Shown here piece by piece: positions 1-11,400 of a DNA stretch of 64,000 nt. Under the pieces are notes generated by a model that did not search any database, had not been told where the DNA came from, and was given only the letters and a program-made list of their open reading frames with translations. Each line of letters begins with the position of its first letter. Position 1 is the first letter of the stretch. The DNA is from Candidatus Latescibacterota bacterium. GTDB taxonomy: Bacteria; Latescibacterota; UBA2968; GCA-2709665. The stretch covers positions 5,280,001 through 5,344,000 of the forward strand of contig CBDCOX010000002.1 in the NCBI GenBank assembly GCA_965219995.1, written 5' to 3'. Position numbers and translations under genes: made by a program.

Positions 1-1
1 G

Positions 2-538
2 GACCGTGCCGGCGCGGAGCGCATCGCATCGGTACCGATGCAGGACGGCTCGACCGCATATCTCGGACAGGTTCTCGGTCCTGACGGGTCGGTGCGGAAT
101 ACGCGCGTGGAAGTCGGGGACGGAGGCTTCGCGCAGAAGATCACTGATGAGCGCGTATCTGGCGACGGCACGGTCGAGAGGCGCGTCTACGAACTGCCGG
201 ACGCGGACGCCCACATCCTCACCGGCACCGCCCTCGACTGGCTCCTCCTCGGCGCAACGCTCGCGGCCATGGAGGACGGCGAGACCCGCGAGATCCCGAT
301 ACGGCGCCTGAAGGACGGGGGTCTCGCCGAACCCGGAATCATGACCGCGACCCGCCATCCCAGCGAGGTGATCGTCGGGCACTTCTACTTCACCGGCGCA
401 AACCGGTACGACATCGTCGTAAGCGATGCCGAAGGAGCCCGGGAACTCGGCGTCTGGATGGGCGGGGGCTTCTACACCGGCTGGCCGGTCAAGATCGTCG
501 AACACGGCCGGACCATCGAGTACCGGAGAATCCTGTAG
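2..538 (+). CDS. Hypothetical protein, C-terminal part (runs off window start)
   Basis: Frame open from position 2 to TAG at 536-538; GC3-rich codons; no family recognised. Confidence 0.55.
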   Translation, partial: DRAGAERIASVPMQDGSTAYLGQVLGPDGSVRNTRVEVGDGGFAQKITDERVSGDGTVERRVYELPDADAHILTGTALDWLLLGATLAAMEDGETREIPIRRLKDGGLAEPGIMTATRHPSEVIVGHFYFTGANRYDIVVSDAEGARELGVWMGGGFYTGWPVKIVEHGRTIEYRRIL

Positions 539-709
539 GCGGGGCTTGCGTCAAGCTGCCGGCCTTGCGTTTCGCCGTCGCGCACCAGGCAGGCACGGGA
601 AGGCCGAGCATACACTGGGGCAACCCATCGTTTGCCGCGTCTATGAGGGATAACGAGTCATGTGGCTGCCGCGGGCTCGACCTCAACCGTACGAACGGGG
701 GATCTGATC

Positions 710-2874
710 ATGCGCCATCGCAGGTTTGCCATTGGTCTGTTGCTGGGGGGGGGGCACTGCTGTTTTCGGTGACCGGGTTCGCTCAGGAAGGCGACGCCGA
801 TGAAGTCATCGAGGAAATCGTCGTAACCGCCTTGAAAAGGGGTACCGGGACCACGCTGCTCGATACGCCGCTCGCGGTCTCGGCGATCGCCGGAAGCGAG
901 TTGGAGGATCGGGGAATCAACTCCGTATTCGAGGCGTTCGCTTTGGCCCCGGGGGTGTCGGTGGCCGAGGTCGGCGGCCAGGGCGGCGGCGTGTCGATAC
1001 GGGGCGTGGCCGGTGCGCTGGGCGATTCTCCGATCGGATATTACCTCGACGACCTGCCGTTCACGCGTATCGGCCAGAACGTCAATCCGGACCTCAACCC
1101 TTACGACCTCGACCGGATCGAGGTATTGCGCGGGCCGCAGGGCACGCTGTTCGGCCTTGGGTCCGCGGGCGGCACGGTCCGCATCATCACCGGGCGCCCC
1201 GACCCGACCCGGTTCGAGGCCAAGGCAACCGTAGCCTGGTCGGGAACGAAGAGCGGCGATGACAACCATCGGCTGCAGGGGGCCGTAAAAGTCCCGCTAC
1301 TCCAGGACAAGGTGGCATTGCGTCTTGTCGGCTCAAACGTGGAATACGGCGGTTTCATCGACCGGCTCGAGGGAAACGACGACTTCAACGAAGACGACGA
1401 CGCCTCCTATAGGGCCAAGCTGCTGATCGAGCCGGTCGAGAGTTTCTCTGCCGTGGTCAGCTACTGGCACTCCGAAAACACCACCCACAACCGCTTCGCC
1501 AACGAAGACCTGGAACGCCATGCACCGCTCTTCCTGACCAATCCCTTGACCTTCGGTCCCGACTTCACGCAACCGACCGTTTCCCGAGGCAACCACTGGG
1601 CCGTTGCGGAAAACGAGTTTGACCTGTCCGGCCTGGTGCTGGAGTACGAAACGGAGGCATACAGGATCACGAGCAGCACCTCGCACCTGGAATACGAGTC
1701 GCTGCAGCTCTACGACGATTTCGTGGTCGGCGTATTCAGCCTGTTGTTCGATGTCGAGACATTCGCACAGGAGATCAACGTCGCGTCCGTGCAGGAAGGG
1801 GCGTTCGACTGGGTATTGGGCGGCATCTACCTGGAAAACGACATGTATTCCGATTTCCAGTTCGGGCTGCTGTTCCCCGGCGCGCCCGACCCCACCTTCG
1901 TTCCCACCGGTGGCACGGACAGTTCCGTCGAACAGTGGGCCGTTTTCGGCGAGGTGTCCTACGATCTCTCGACACGCTGGGCACTGACCCTGGGCGGGCG
2001 CTACGCGTCGGACGACCGGGCGTCGGTCAGCAATCTCGACCCGTCCGACAGGCCGTCGGGCAGTTTCGAGAAGTTCACGGGCAGGGCGAACCTCGCCTGG
2101 CGGCCCACGGACGATGCGCTGCTCTACGTCAACTTCGCTCAAGCCTATCGGGCTGGAGGATTCAATACCCGCATTGCGCTCGCCACCGCGCTCGCCAATG
2201 GAATCGAGGGGGTGGTACCGGCCGTCGAGCCCGACGAGGTGACGACGTACGAGATCGGGGCCAAATTCGGCTTGCTGGAGGGCGACCTGGATCTCGAGCT
2301 GACGGCTTACACTCTGGACTGGAAAAACAATCAGATCTTCGTTCAATACGTCGATCGGGTGGTCAACCCGGGGGTGCTTACCGCCAACAACCAGAACGCG
2401 GCGACGGTGGACGGGAAGGGCATCGACATCGCCGTGAGTTACCGGGGCATCGAAGGCATGACCCTCGGTCTGACGGCCAACATCTCCGATACGGAGTACG
2501 CCTCGGACGTTCCGGGGGCCGGCATTTCGGAGGGCGACGCTTTCTTTCAGGCCGCGGACCTGACCCTCTCCGCCCTGGCGGGCTACCGCCGGCCAATTGC
2601 GCGTGGACTGCACCTGTCAGTATTGGGCACCCTCAGCCACATCACGGAACGCGAGGATCGTTCACTCGCCGGGGTCTTCCGGTCCGACAAGACAACGCTT
2701 GTCAACGCCCGGGCAGGCGTGGAAGCGGAAAAATGGAGCCTTTTCGTGACAGCCGAAAACCTCTTCGACGAGGACGGCGCCGTGAGTCAGTTCGTCGCCT
2801 TCATCCCGTCAGGAGGCGAACCGATCAGACCGTGGCCGCGAACCATCGGTATCGAGTTGAACGTGCGAATCTGA
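710..2874 (+). CDS. TonB-dependent receptor; signal peptide out of frame at a G10 tract
   Basis: EEIVVTA, DRIEVLRGPQGTLFG plug motif, C-terminal PRTIGIELNVRI. ATG 710 follows a G-rich RBS and encodes MRHRRFAIGLLLGG, which joins the main frame (ALLFSVTGFA-QEG) only if G745-754 is G8 or G11. Confidence 0.9.
745..754 (+). repeat. G10 homopolymer in signal-peptide coding region
   Basis: Ten consecutive G at 745-754. Confidence 0.95.
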
Positions 2875-3068
2875 AGAATGCGCCGAAACACGCGAAGCTG
2901 ACCCCATCTCCCGGTCGGCGCGCTGATCACCGCCTGCGAACAGCGCCCTCCCCTGCCAGCGCGGCGTCCCGAGGGGCGCGTCATCCCCGGCGCCCTGGCC
3001 GATCAGGATCGGGGGTTTGCGTTCCGGAACTCCGGTAGCCACCGGAAAACAGCGCTCTCCGCAGCCAG

Positions 3069-3990
3069 TCAACGGAGCGCCGGCAGTATCACGTCCAGGA
3101 CGATATCGACACCGCCGGACAAGCCGTCCTGCGTCAGCGGGCTCGCCTCCGGACCCCCACGGGGAGTACCGGCAGTCTGCACGACAACCAGGTCGAGACC
3201 GCGGAAGACGAAGGCGTACTGGCCGCCGGAACCGCCCAGCGCAATCACGGGATGGCCGCCCAGTTCCTTGAGCCCGAAATGCAGCCCGTACCCGGCCATG
3301 CCCCGTACCGGCGGCACGCCGATACTGGCATAGAAAGCATCGAGGAAGGGCCCGTCGACGCCGGGAGTACAAGCGGTCGCCAGTTCCAGCCAGTCGCGCG
3401 GCACCACCGGGCGGCCGTCTACGCTGCCGTGATTCAGTACGCAAAGGCCGAGGCGCGCCAGGTCACGCGGCCGCATGCAGAGTTCCGATGGCCCGACCTC
3501 CGCCGGCCAGGTTACAGCGCCGGGGACCGAAACGGCGCGCGGCCATTCGAACTCTCCGATGCCCAGCGGGTCTGCAAGCCACTCGCGGGCCAATTCCGAA
3601 AGCGAAACACCGGCCGCGCAGGGTCTCGGCCACCATCTGGCTGTCCGCCGCGCTGTAGACCCAGGCGCATCCGGGTTCGTGCAGCACTTCCAGCGCATCG
3701 CTGAAAAAGAAGGCTACCCGCGCAAGCGGGCCATTACCCTGCGCCATTGCACCTCGCCCACATCACGCGGGTCGGCGTCGTGCATGCAGAAGCGGCGTAT
3801 GAAGGCCTCCGTCAGGCTGTCCTCGCGCTCGTCAGGCGATTCGCCGGCAAGGCGCACGCCCGGGGCCAAACCCCTACGTCGATCCAGATCCCTGTCGTGA
3901 GACGCGGCGGCACGAAACTCAGGTCGATGTCGCACGCATCCCGCATCCATCGCGACTTCGCCGGCAGACCTCCATGCAGGATGATCGACG
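3069..3990 (-). pseudogene. Fragmented serine hydrolase (class C beta-lactamase-like)
   Basis: HEPGCAWVYS in one frame; LADPLGI, MRPRDLARLG, VVPRDWL, GSGGQY, DLVVVQ in another; no SxxK N-terminus seen; 5' boundary approximate. Confidence 0.75.
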
Positions 3991-4150
3991 CCCGTGCAAG
4001 GTGTCGACACGAAGCTCGCGCACGGCCCCCAACGCGCCCCCGGGACGGCGACCCCGCGCGCGTTGAGCGCCCCGCGGGGGGCGTGCTATCGTCGGGCAGC
4101 GACGCCGGTCCGCACGGTGCCCCGCGCCGCCCACGCCGGAGGAACGAGCC

Positions 4151-4873
4151 ATGAGCGAACCCGCCGTCCCCGTCCCGCCGCGGGTCGTTGAATATCCCTC
4201 CTCGGACGGACGGCCGGTGGCGGAGACTCCCCTGCACTACGACCGCCTGCGCGACGCGGCGACGGCGCTCCAGATCCGCTACCAACGCCGCGCCGACGTG
4301 TTCGTCGGCGCCAACATGCTGGTCTACGACACTCCGGGGGACAAGCGCCGGCACCTAAGTCCCGACGTGTTCGTCGCGTTCGGCGTGGGCAACCACGACC
4401 GCGAAGTCTACAAGCTGTGGGAGGAGCGTTCGCCGGCGTTCGTGCTGGAGATCACGTCGAAAGGCACGCACGGGGAGGACGTGGGCACAAAGCGGCGGCG
4501 CTACGCGGAGTGGGGGGTGGCGGAGTATTTCCTGTACGACCCCCGCGCAGAGTATCTCGATCCACCGTTGCGGGGGCTGTCGCTGGTCGGGCGGGGATAC
4601 CGCGCGATGTCCGAGCGCGTGTTGCCGAATGGCGCGCGGGGCCACTTCAGCGAGGCGCTGGGCCTGTGGCTGTGGCTACGCGGCGGCGAGTTGCGCCTTT
4701 ACGACCCGGCGACCGGGGCGGATCTGCTGACGCCCGCGGAGCAGGTCGCCCGCGCCGATGCGGCCACCGCCCGCGCCGAGACGGAGGCCGCCCGTGCGGA
4801 GACAGAGGCCAAAGGCCGCACCCGCGCCGAGGCCCGCGTGCGCGAGCTTGAGGCCCGGCTGCGCGATCGTTAG
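4151..4873 (+). CDS. Uma2 family (PD-(D/E)XK) endonuclease with coiled-coil tail
   Basis: YPSSDGRPVAET, SPDVFV, FVLEITS, GVAEYFLYDP; ARAETEA repeats; GGAGG RBS. Confidence 0.9.
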   Translation: MSEPAVPVPPRVVEYPSSDGRPVAETPLHYDRLRDAATALQIRYQRRADVFVGANMLVYDTPGDKRRHLSPDVFVAFGVGNHDREVYKLWEERSPAFVLEITSKGTHGEDVGTKRRRYAEWGVAEYFLYDPRAEYLDPPLRGLSLVGRGYRAMSERVLPNGARGHFSEALGLWLWLRGGELRLYDPATGADLLTPAEQVARADAATARAETEAARAETEAKGRTRAEARVRELEARLRDR

Positions 4874-4930
4874 GAAACTCCGATCGTACAGGACGCCGTC
4901 GCGGGAGACGGGACCCCACGCCCAGGAACT

Positions 4931-5230
4931 TCAACGCGAAAGAGGCGGCTCACCAAGGGCGGTCTCACTCGTCGTGACCGGCTCGCGCGCGCGCCACACG
5001 GGCTCCCGGCGGGGTCGTCCGCGCCGGGGGTAGGCCCGCGCGTAGAAGGCGGCCAGCTCGATCTGCCTCTCCGAGAGCTGCGGAAACGCCTCGTGGATCG
5101 CCTGAGCACTGTCGCCGTTGGCCAGCATCTCGGCGATGTCGTGAACCGGAATGCGGGTTCCCTTCACGCACGGTGTTCCCGACAGTACCCCCTCGTCACG
5201 CTCGACCGCGTCGGGAGCACTCGAAAGCAT
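4931..5230 (-). CDS. DUF433 domain protein (antitoxin-like HTH)
   Basis: VLSGTPCVKGTRIPVHDI...FPQLSERQIELAAFY. Confidence 0.85.
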   Translation of the reverse strand: MLSSAPDAVERDEGVLSGTPCVKGTRIPVHDIAEMLANGDSAQAIHEAFPQLSERQIELAAFYARAYPRRGRPRREPVWRAREPVTTSETALGEPPLSR

Positions 5231-5265
5231 GGCGAGACCTTCCCTAGAACTCGGGTGGCCGCTCA

Positions 5266-6036
5266 TCACGATGCCACTTGAGTTGCATGGGGATATTCCT
5301 TCTCGAAGTCCTTGAAGTGCAGGGGCATCGCGTTGTGCTCGACGCCTTCCAGCGTGCGACCGCCGGCCTTCGGAGTCTGGCCGCCCCACTGCTTGAAAAA
5401 GAAGGGAACGCCGGCGGCACCGCACTGGTCGCGAACGTCACGGGCCCAATCGAGGTGTAGGGCGCGCGCGTTGGGGCCGCTCTCTCCGCCGACGATCACC
5501 CAGGAGATTCCCTCGAGGTCGAGCGTGCCGACTGGGCCGAGCAGGGGTTCTATCGAAAGGAAGCGAATGGCCGCCGGACTCGCCTGCAGGTGACGGATGC
5601 GGGCGGCGCCCTCCGCGTCTTCGACGGAGACTCCGCACCAGATGTGCGCCGGGACCAGCGAGCTGGGGTAACGGGCGCGCAGGTAATCGCGCATGAGCGA
5701 ACTGCGTTTGGTGAGCAGTTGGTAGACGTGCTGGTCGGCCGTCTCCATCTCGGCGAAGACCTGATCGACGAATGCGCGCGGGACCTGACGGTGGAACAAG
5801 TCGCTCATGGAGTTGACGAAGATCATGCGGGGCTTCCGCCATCGGGACGGCTGATCGAGGCGCGATGGCCAGAGGCGGAGGTCGAAGCCCTGTTCGTACG
5901 GATGCCCCGGAACGCCCCGCCACCGTTCGGCGAAGCGTGCCGCATAGCAGTTGTCGCACCCGCGGGTGATCTTGGTACAGCCTGTGACGGGGTTCCAGGT
6001 TGCGTCGGTCCATTCGATGGCAGAGTGGTCAGCCAT
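5266..6036 (-). CDS. DUF5131 / phage Gp37-Gp68 family protein
   Basis: SAIEWTDATWNPVTGCTKITRGCDNCYA, FVNSMSDLFH, FLSIEPLLG, WVIVGGESG, FFFKQWGG. Confidence 0.93.
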   Translation of the reverse strand: MADHSAIEWTDATWNPVTGCTKITRGCDNCYAARFAERWRGVPGHPYEQGFDLRLWPSRLDQPSRWRKPRMIFVNSMSDLFHRQVPRAFVDQVFAEMETADQHVYQLLTKRSSLMRDYLRARYPSSLVPAHIWCGVSVEDAEGAARIRHLQASPAAIRFLSIEPLLGPVGTLDLEGISWVIVGGESGPNARALHLDWARDVRDQCGAAGVPFFFKQWGGQTPKAGGRTLEGVEHNAMPLHFKDFEKEYPHATQVAS

Positions 6037-6099
6037 GGCGGCGCATCCTCTGCTGCGAGTGGTCGTCAACCGCAGCGCGGAACTGACGGGTGGCTATCG

Positions 6100-7218
6100 T
6101 CACACCGATCCTGCGAGGCAAAGCTCCGCCCGCCAGCGAATCTCGCGCATAGAACTGCCCCGGTCGAGCATCGGCACGACTTCGCAAAGCAAGTCATGCC
6201 ATCGCGTGAGTTCAAGGTCATCTAACTCGGGGCAGACGATCTCATGCTCGCCAAAGTACTGGCGTGCCCAAGCGGACTCCCCGCGCAGATGCCCCCCGGA
6301 GCCTATGGCCGTTGTCGTCACTTCTCCACGTCTGACCCGACCGATGTGCCTTGCCAACTCCTCTCGGAGCACATCGAGCCGCCGAACGACCTCTGTCTGC
6401 GCGGGCAATCCAGAGCGCCGTTCCATCGCAGGCTGCTCGCCCAAGTCCGGCGGCAAGCCGCTTGGAAACAGGTAGCGCCGCGCCTCCATCCGATCTTCGT
6501 CGCTGTAGACACCGCTGACGGTCCGGAAGCCGATGTCGCCCGCGGCAGCCACATGCCTCTCGTCCCCCTTGGCCAGCAGATGCTCTGCCCAAGCCACGTC
6601 CACGTAAACCGGATCCCGTTGCTTGGGTGCGGCCCTGAAGATCTCCACCACGCGCTCGGCTTCTTCGGTGTCTTGGCTCCGTGCTATAAGCTTGCCCGCG
6701 AGCTTGCCCGAGCCAGGCGCCCCGCCGAATGCTCGACGGTCGTCGATTTCCGGCGTCCCCATCTGCGCGATCTCGTCCGGTGTCGCGATGGCAGTCGAAC
6801 TGCCTCGCCTGACGTAAACCGCGTGCTTCTTGACCTTCCCGTAATCCCGTATCGCGTAGCGTAGACCTGATCGCGAGGGTATGTGGAGAACGCCGATGGA
6901 GAGGTCGTCGTGCGTTGCTTCCCGGTAAGAAAACGCCACGGGGCGCTGCGTCTTGCTGCTCACAAACTCTTGGAGCTTCGCATCATCTAGGTGCTCGGCA
7001 ACGCCGACCACCTCGCTTCTCGTCCCGCGCCTTTCCTCCACGCCGACCAGAATGTAGGCGTCGCCCTGGGTGTTGGCGAAGGCCAGCAAGTCCTTCAGCA
7101 GCTCGCTCTTCGAAATCCTGTCGGCCCTCTCGAACGGGTACTGCTCGCGCTTGAAGTCGAGGGTTTCTCCCTCATCCGAGCGAAGCAACTGCTCGATCAA
7201 GTCCGGCTGGATGGCCAT
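6100..7218 (-). CDS. Schlafen/AlbA_2 domain protein with unrecognised C-terminal region
   Basis: EGETLDFKREQY, KDLLAFANT, YILVGVEE, YVRRGSST. Confidence 0.85.
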   Translation of the reverse strand: MAIQPDLIEQLLRSDEGETLDFKREQYPFERADRISKSELLKDLLAFANTQGDAYILVGVEERRGTRSEVVGVAEHLDDAKLQEFVSSKTQRPVAFSYREATHDDLSIGVLHIPSRSGLRYAIRDYGKVKKHAVYVRRGSSTAIATPDEIAQMGTPEIDDRRAFGGAPGSGKLAGKLIARSQDTEEAERVVEIFRAAPKQRDPVYVDVAWAEHLLAKGDERHVAAAGDIGFRTVSGVYSDEDRMEARRYLFPSGLPPDLGEQPAMERRSGLPAQTEVVRRLDVLREELARHIGRVRRGEVTTTAIGSGGHLRGESAWARQYFGEHEIVCPELDDLELTRWHDLLCEVVPMLDRGSSMREIRWRAELCLAGSV

Positions 7219-7562
7219 GGTCCGTCTGAACCCCTCCGTGGTGCGTCGGGTCGCCCACCTCTCGACCACACGGAAGGCGTGGGCCGCAGCGACCATCCAC
7301 GTACCTTGTCGGCCTTTCGATGGGAGCCCTTCCCGAGATCCGTGCAGGCGGAGTCTCCCTGACGCTCCCAGAGCTTAGTGTACCGTCTCACGCATCCATG
7401 TCGGCGGCGGCACGCCCGGTCCCGCGCCGCGGCCTGTCCCGCGCCCAGGAGCGCCAGCCCGAGGCGTGTGCCGAAACGCGGCGCGATGCTCCCTCCCGCC
7501 CACCGAGAGGGATTCAGCGCAGCTCGGCACCGTGAGCCGACAGGTACAATCGCCCGTCTGCG

Positions 7563-8075
7563 TTGAGCAAGGAGACCACGTTGCCGACGGGAGAGCAGAT
7601 CGAAGCCATGATTGAAGGCAGCAACGGGCTGGACATGATCCACGGCCCCGAGCGCTACCATGGCGCGTATTCCGTGGCGCTACATGCGTTGCTCGATGGT
7701 GCGCACGTCGTGTGGGCCTACACCAACGAGCACTTTCGCCTAGAGACTCTGGCCGGATCACCAGACGTTGACACCGGCGAGCTTCAAGGGCGCTTCCACC
7801 TTTTCGAGTTCCCCACCGGGGAAGACGGCGGCAGGCACATCCCCCAGGCTGAGTTGCGCGCCTGCCTCCAGCGTCTGCGCCGGGTCGTCAAAGGCATCAA
7901 GGCTCGCCGCATCGTCTGCGTCGTCCACTCCGTTTCGGACTTGACCGGCTTTCGGGCGGGCCGGGAGGACGAGCAGCGCGTCTGGCTCATCCTCGGAGCG
8001 CTAGAGAAGATCGCGGACAGAGCCCAAGTCGTGATGACGCACGAGGCGACACAGTTCGTCGCCACCGCGCACTAG
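7563..8075 (+). CDS. Hypothetical protein, possibly degenerate RecA/KaiC/RadB-like fold
   Basis: 170 aa; TACAAT upstream; motif order MIHGP..VVWAYTNE..VCVVHSVSDL..VVMTHE. Confidence 0.55.
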   Translation: MSKETTLPTGEQIEAMIEGSNGLDMIHGPERYHGAYSVALHALLDGAHVVWAYTNEHFRLETLAGSPDVDTGELQGRFHLFEFPTGEDGGRHIPQAELRACLQRLRRVVKGIKARRIVCVVHSVSDLTGFRAGREDEQRVWLILGALEKIADRAQVVMTHEATQFVATAH

Positions 8076-8473
8076 GGCAAGCTGTGAACCGAGAAGGCCG
8101 ACCAAGACTGGCTGGGGAAGGCCATCCCAACAAAGCCCCGAGCGTCCCGGTCGCAGCGGTACACGTCCGCCATCGAGTCGATGCTCCCAGCACGGACAGT
8201 TCGACCACTAGGATTCCGGCCCAGGCGACTTCGACACGGACGGCATCGAAGTGTCCCCCCAGTGGGGACTTCGGTCGAAACCGCGAGGAGAGCGATGCAG
8301 CATCGTCCCTCTCGTCTTCCTGCCGCCGGAGCTGGGTGATGTCCGATAGTTGGCCCATGGGGCCATCGCACCCCGCCCCTGCCCGATCAGCCCGCGGCAG
8401 CATTTGACTGTCATGGGCTATCGCGGACGGGTGTCGGCTGGCTACCGTCCGACATGACGCGAAAGGGAAACGC

Positions 8474-11400
8474 ATGACCGACAAGAACGATACCGCAGCC
8501 CTGCAGGAGCTCGGGGACGCCCTGGTCGAGATCGAGGAAACGTCCCGCGAGGCTACCGACGGCAAGTGGCTCGAAAGGCTGACGGCCGACTGTGCCCCCC
8601 TCATCGCCGAATGGGATGTCCAAAGGGCATGGACCTGGGAGCAATGGCCTGAGAAGACCCACCCGGACAGCGGCATTGATGTGGTGGCAGAGAGGAACGA
8701 CGGGGAGCTGATAGCGATTCAGTGCAAGTCCAGGGAACTCGATGACCAAGGTTCGGCGCCGCCGATCAACAAGGCCGAGATTGACAGCTTCATCGCCGAG
8801 GCATCGGGCGTTGGGATCTCGTTCACCGAGCGTTGGTTGGTCGTCAACGGCGGGGTCAACGTCAACGCGAACGCGCAGCGGGTCATGGAGGGGAACAAGG
8901 TCGCGCACATCAACGTCTATGCGGACATCAAGGAGCAGTACGACAGTACCCTCGGCGCCCGGTTGGAGGGCGCCGCCACCGCCACCCCCAGTGCCGGCGA
9001 CGACGCCAAGCAGACGCGGGATAGCATGCAACAGGAAGCTGTGCAGGTCTCTGCTGCCGCCCTGAAGAACCTCGCGCAAAGCGGCACGGGGACGGCCAGA
9101 GGGCGAATCATCCTGCCGTGCGGTACTGGCAAGTCGCGCATAGCCCTGCGGTTGATCGAGGAGTTGACCGAGCCGGGGCAGGTCTCCGCCATCCTATGCC
9201 CGTCGATCGCGCTGGTCGCCCAGTTGCGTCGAGAGTTCCTCATTCATAGCACCAGGCCGCTTGTGGCGCTCGCCGTGTGCTCGGACCAAACGGCCGCGCG
9301 CGGAAGCGACTTGTCGAAGGACCAGACAGCGGACTTGAGCCATACCAGCGCCCGCGACGTGAAGGGGCGCGTGACCACGGACGCCGGCGAGATCGCCGAT
9401 TGGATGGAAGCTGTGCCCGAAGGCCGCGTGGGCGTGATTTTTGGCACTTACCAATCAAGCTACAAGATCGGCGAAGCCTTGACTTCAAGCGGCACGACCC
9501 TCGCGGTGTTGGTTGCCGACGAAGCGCATCGGGCAGCGGGCATCCGGCGGGTCAAAGGTGAGGAAGAGCGCTTGCGCGACTTCACCGTCTGCCACCACGA
9601 CCGTCGGTTTCCCGCGACCTACCGTGTCTATCAGACGGCCACCCCGAAGATCTACAAAACCCAGAGGGAGCGCAACGCCGAGAAGCGGATGCAAAACCGG
9701 GACTGGATCGTTCGCAGCATGGACGACGAGAACGTCTTTGGTCCCGAGCTTTACCGCAAGTCCTACCGCGACGCGGTGAACAACGGATGGCTCTCCGACT
9801 ACCGGATCATCGCGCTCGGCGTGAATGACTCCGAAGCCTACGAAGCCGCCAACGGGCTGGCTGGCCAGGAGGGCAGCCGCCTGTCCACCGTTCAGTTTCT
9901 GCGCGGGCTGGCCTTGGCCCTGGTCATGGGCGGCGCCACCCGAAAGGAAGAAGACCGGCAGGTCATCCGTTCCTCCATCAACTTCCTGAACACCGTCAAC
10001 AAGTCAAAGGAGATGACCAAGGCGCTTGAGTCAAACACGGTGCGCGAGTGGGTTGGGAACCGGCTTGAAGCGTACGGCGTGAGGGAGGAACGCGCCCACT
10101 ATCGCCTGCAGCACCTTGATGCGAGCAGCAACGTGGCACAGCGGGAACAGGCCAAGGCGCAACTCGCCGCGGCGACGGATGGCGAGCCACGCGGCATCCT
10201 CAACGTCGGAATTTTCGGCGAGGGGACGGATGCGCCCTCGCTCTCGGCGGTCGGTTTTCTCGAGCCCCGCAAATCGCCGGTGGACGTGATCCAGGCGGTG
10301 GGACGCGTCATGCGCCGCTCCGAAGAAAAGAACATGGGCTAAATCCTCTGCCCGATCGTCATTCCACCGAACGTGGACGCCGAGAGGTGGCTCGCAACCA
10401 CCAACAATCCCGACGATGGTTGGCAGGCGTTGGGCCAGATTCTGATGGCCCTGCGTGCCCACGACGACCGCATTGAGGAACGCCTTCAGGATCTGATGAG
10501 CGTCTTCCTCCCCCCGCCCCCCACGGAGGACGAGGAAGTGAGCACCGTAGTGGCCTTAGGCTCCGAGACGGGCCGCGCTGCCTACTACCTTCACGAAGGC
10601 AAGCAGGGAAGCGCCGAGCGCGCGGTCGAGCGTGTAGTGAAGGGGACTGCGCGAGGCACGGATGAGTTCCAGCCTCTCGGCATCGCGATGCCGGAAGACC
10701 GAAGCGGCACACTGGCAGCGGATGCTCCCGAACAACCGCCAAAGAGTGAACCCCAACGGATCGTGACCGGGAAACGAAACCCGGACGGCAGCGTCGAGAT
10801 GCGCGAGCAAGGGGTTGACAGGGATAAGCCCAAACCCGACGGCACACCCGGCCCCGTCAACGTGAAAAAGACCAAGGCGACGGGCCGGAAGATGCTCAAT
10901 GGCGAAACGGGGCGCAAGATCACCCGCCCACGAGAACGGAAAACGCCCGAGGAGTTGGAGGAACTCCGAGAACAACGAACGCTGAATCTCCTCACGGCCT
11001 CCAAGGCCGACGAGTTGGGGATTTCCGTCAACCTGCTGGAGAAATCCGGCCTTTGCAGGAACAAGGCGCAGCGCAGCGTCAACACCCTCGAGGACGCCAT
11101 TTCGGAGGCGAGGTTGCGTCTTGAGGAGGACGAGCTTGCCGCCCCGCTCGACGCGCATTTCGGCCTGGACAAGCAATCAGACGCCGCGGGCACGAACTCC
11201 GCCGACGGCTGCACCATCGCGTCGTTGCTGCTGATGAACGCCGCCATGCTGCATCAGCGGATCGCCGCAGGTGCCTGGCTACCCGGGGTCGTGGGACTGG
11301 AGGCGATCAAGGTTGCACCGAACGCGGCCGACCTCACGTTGCGCCATTGGAACACGATCACTCGACACGACTTTCTCCCCGTGCTCGAACCTGCGATCAA

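Noticed and set aside
565-709. TTG 565 as the receptor start
   Set aside because: Gives a Cys/Trp-rich leader unlike a signal peptide; ATG 710 has an RBS and a proper n-region
5266-6036. Prophage implied by the Gp37/Gp68 label
   Set aside because: No structural, terminase or integrase genes in the window
8076-8473. 400-bp spacer with a hairpin near 8250-8275 as an ncRNA
   Set aside because: One GC-rich stem and no family features
10340-10342. Stop-codon reassignment or programmed readthrough
   Set aside because: TAA terminates other genes in the window, and one substitution explains it
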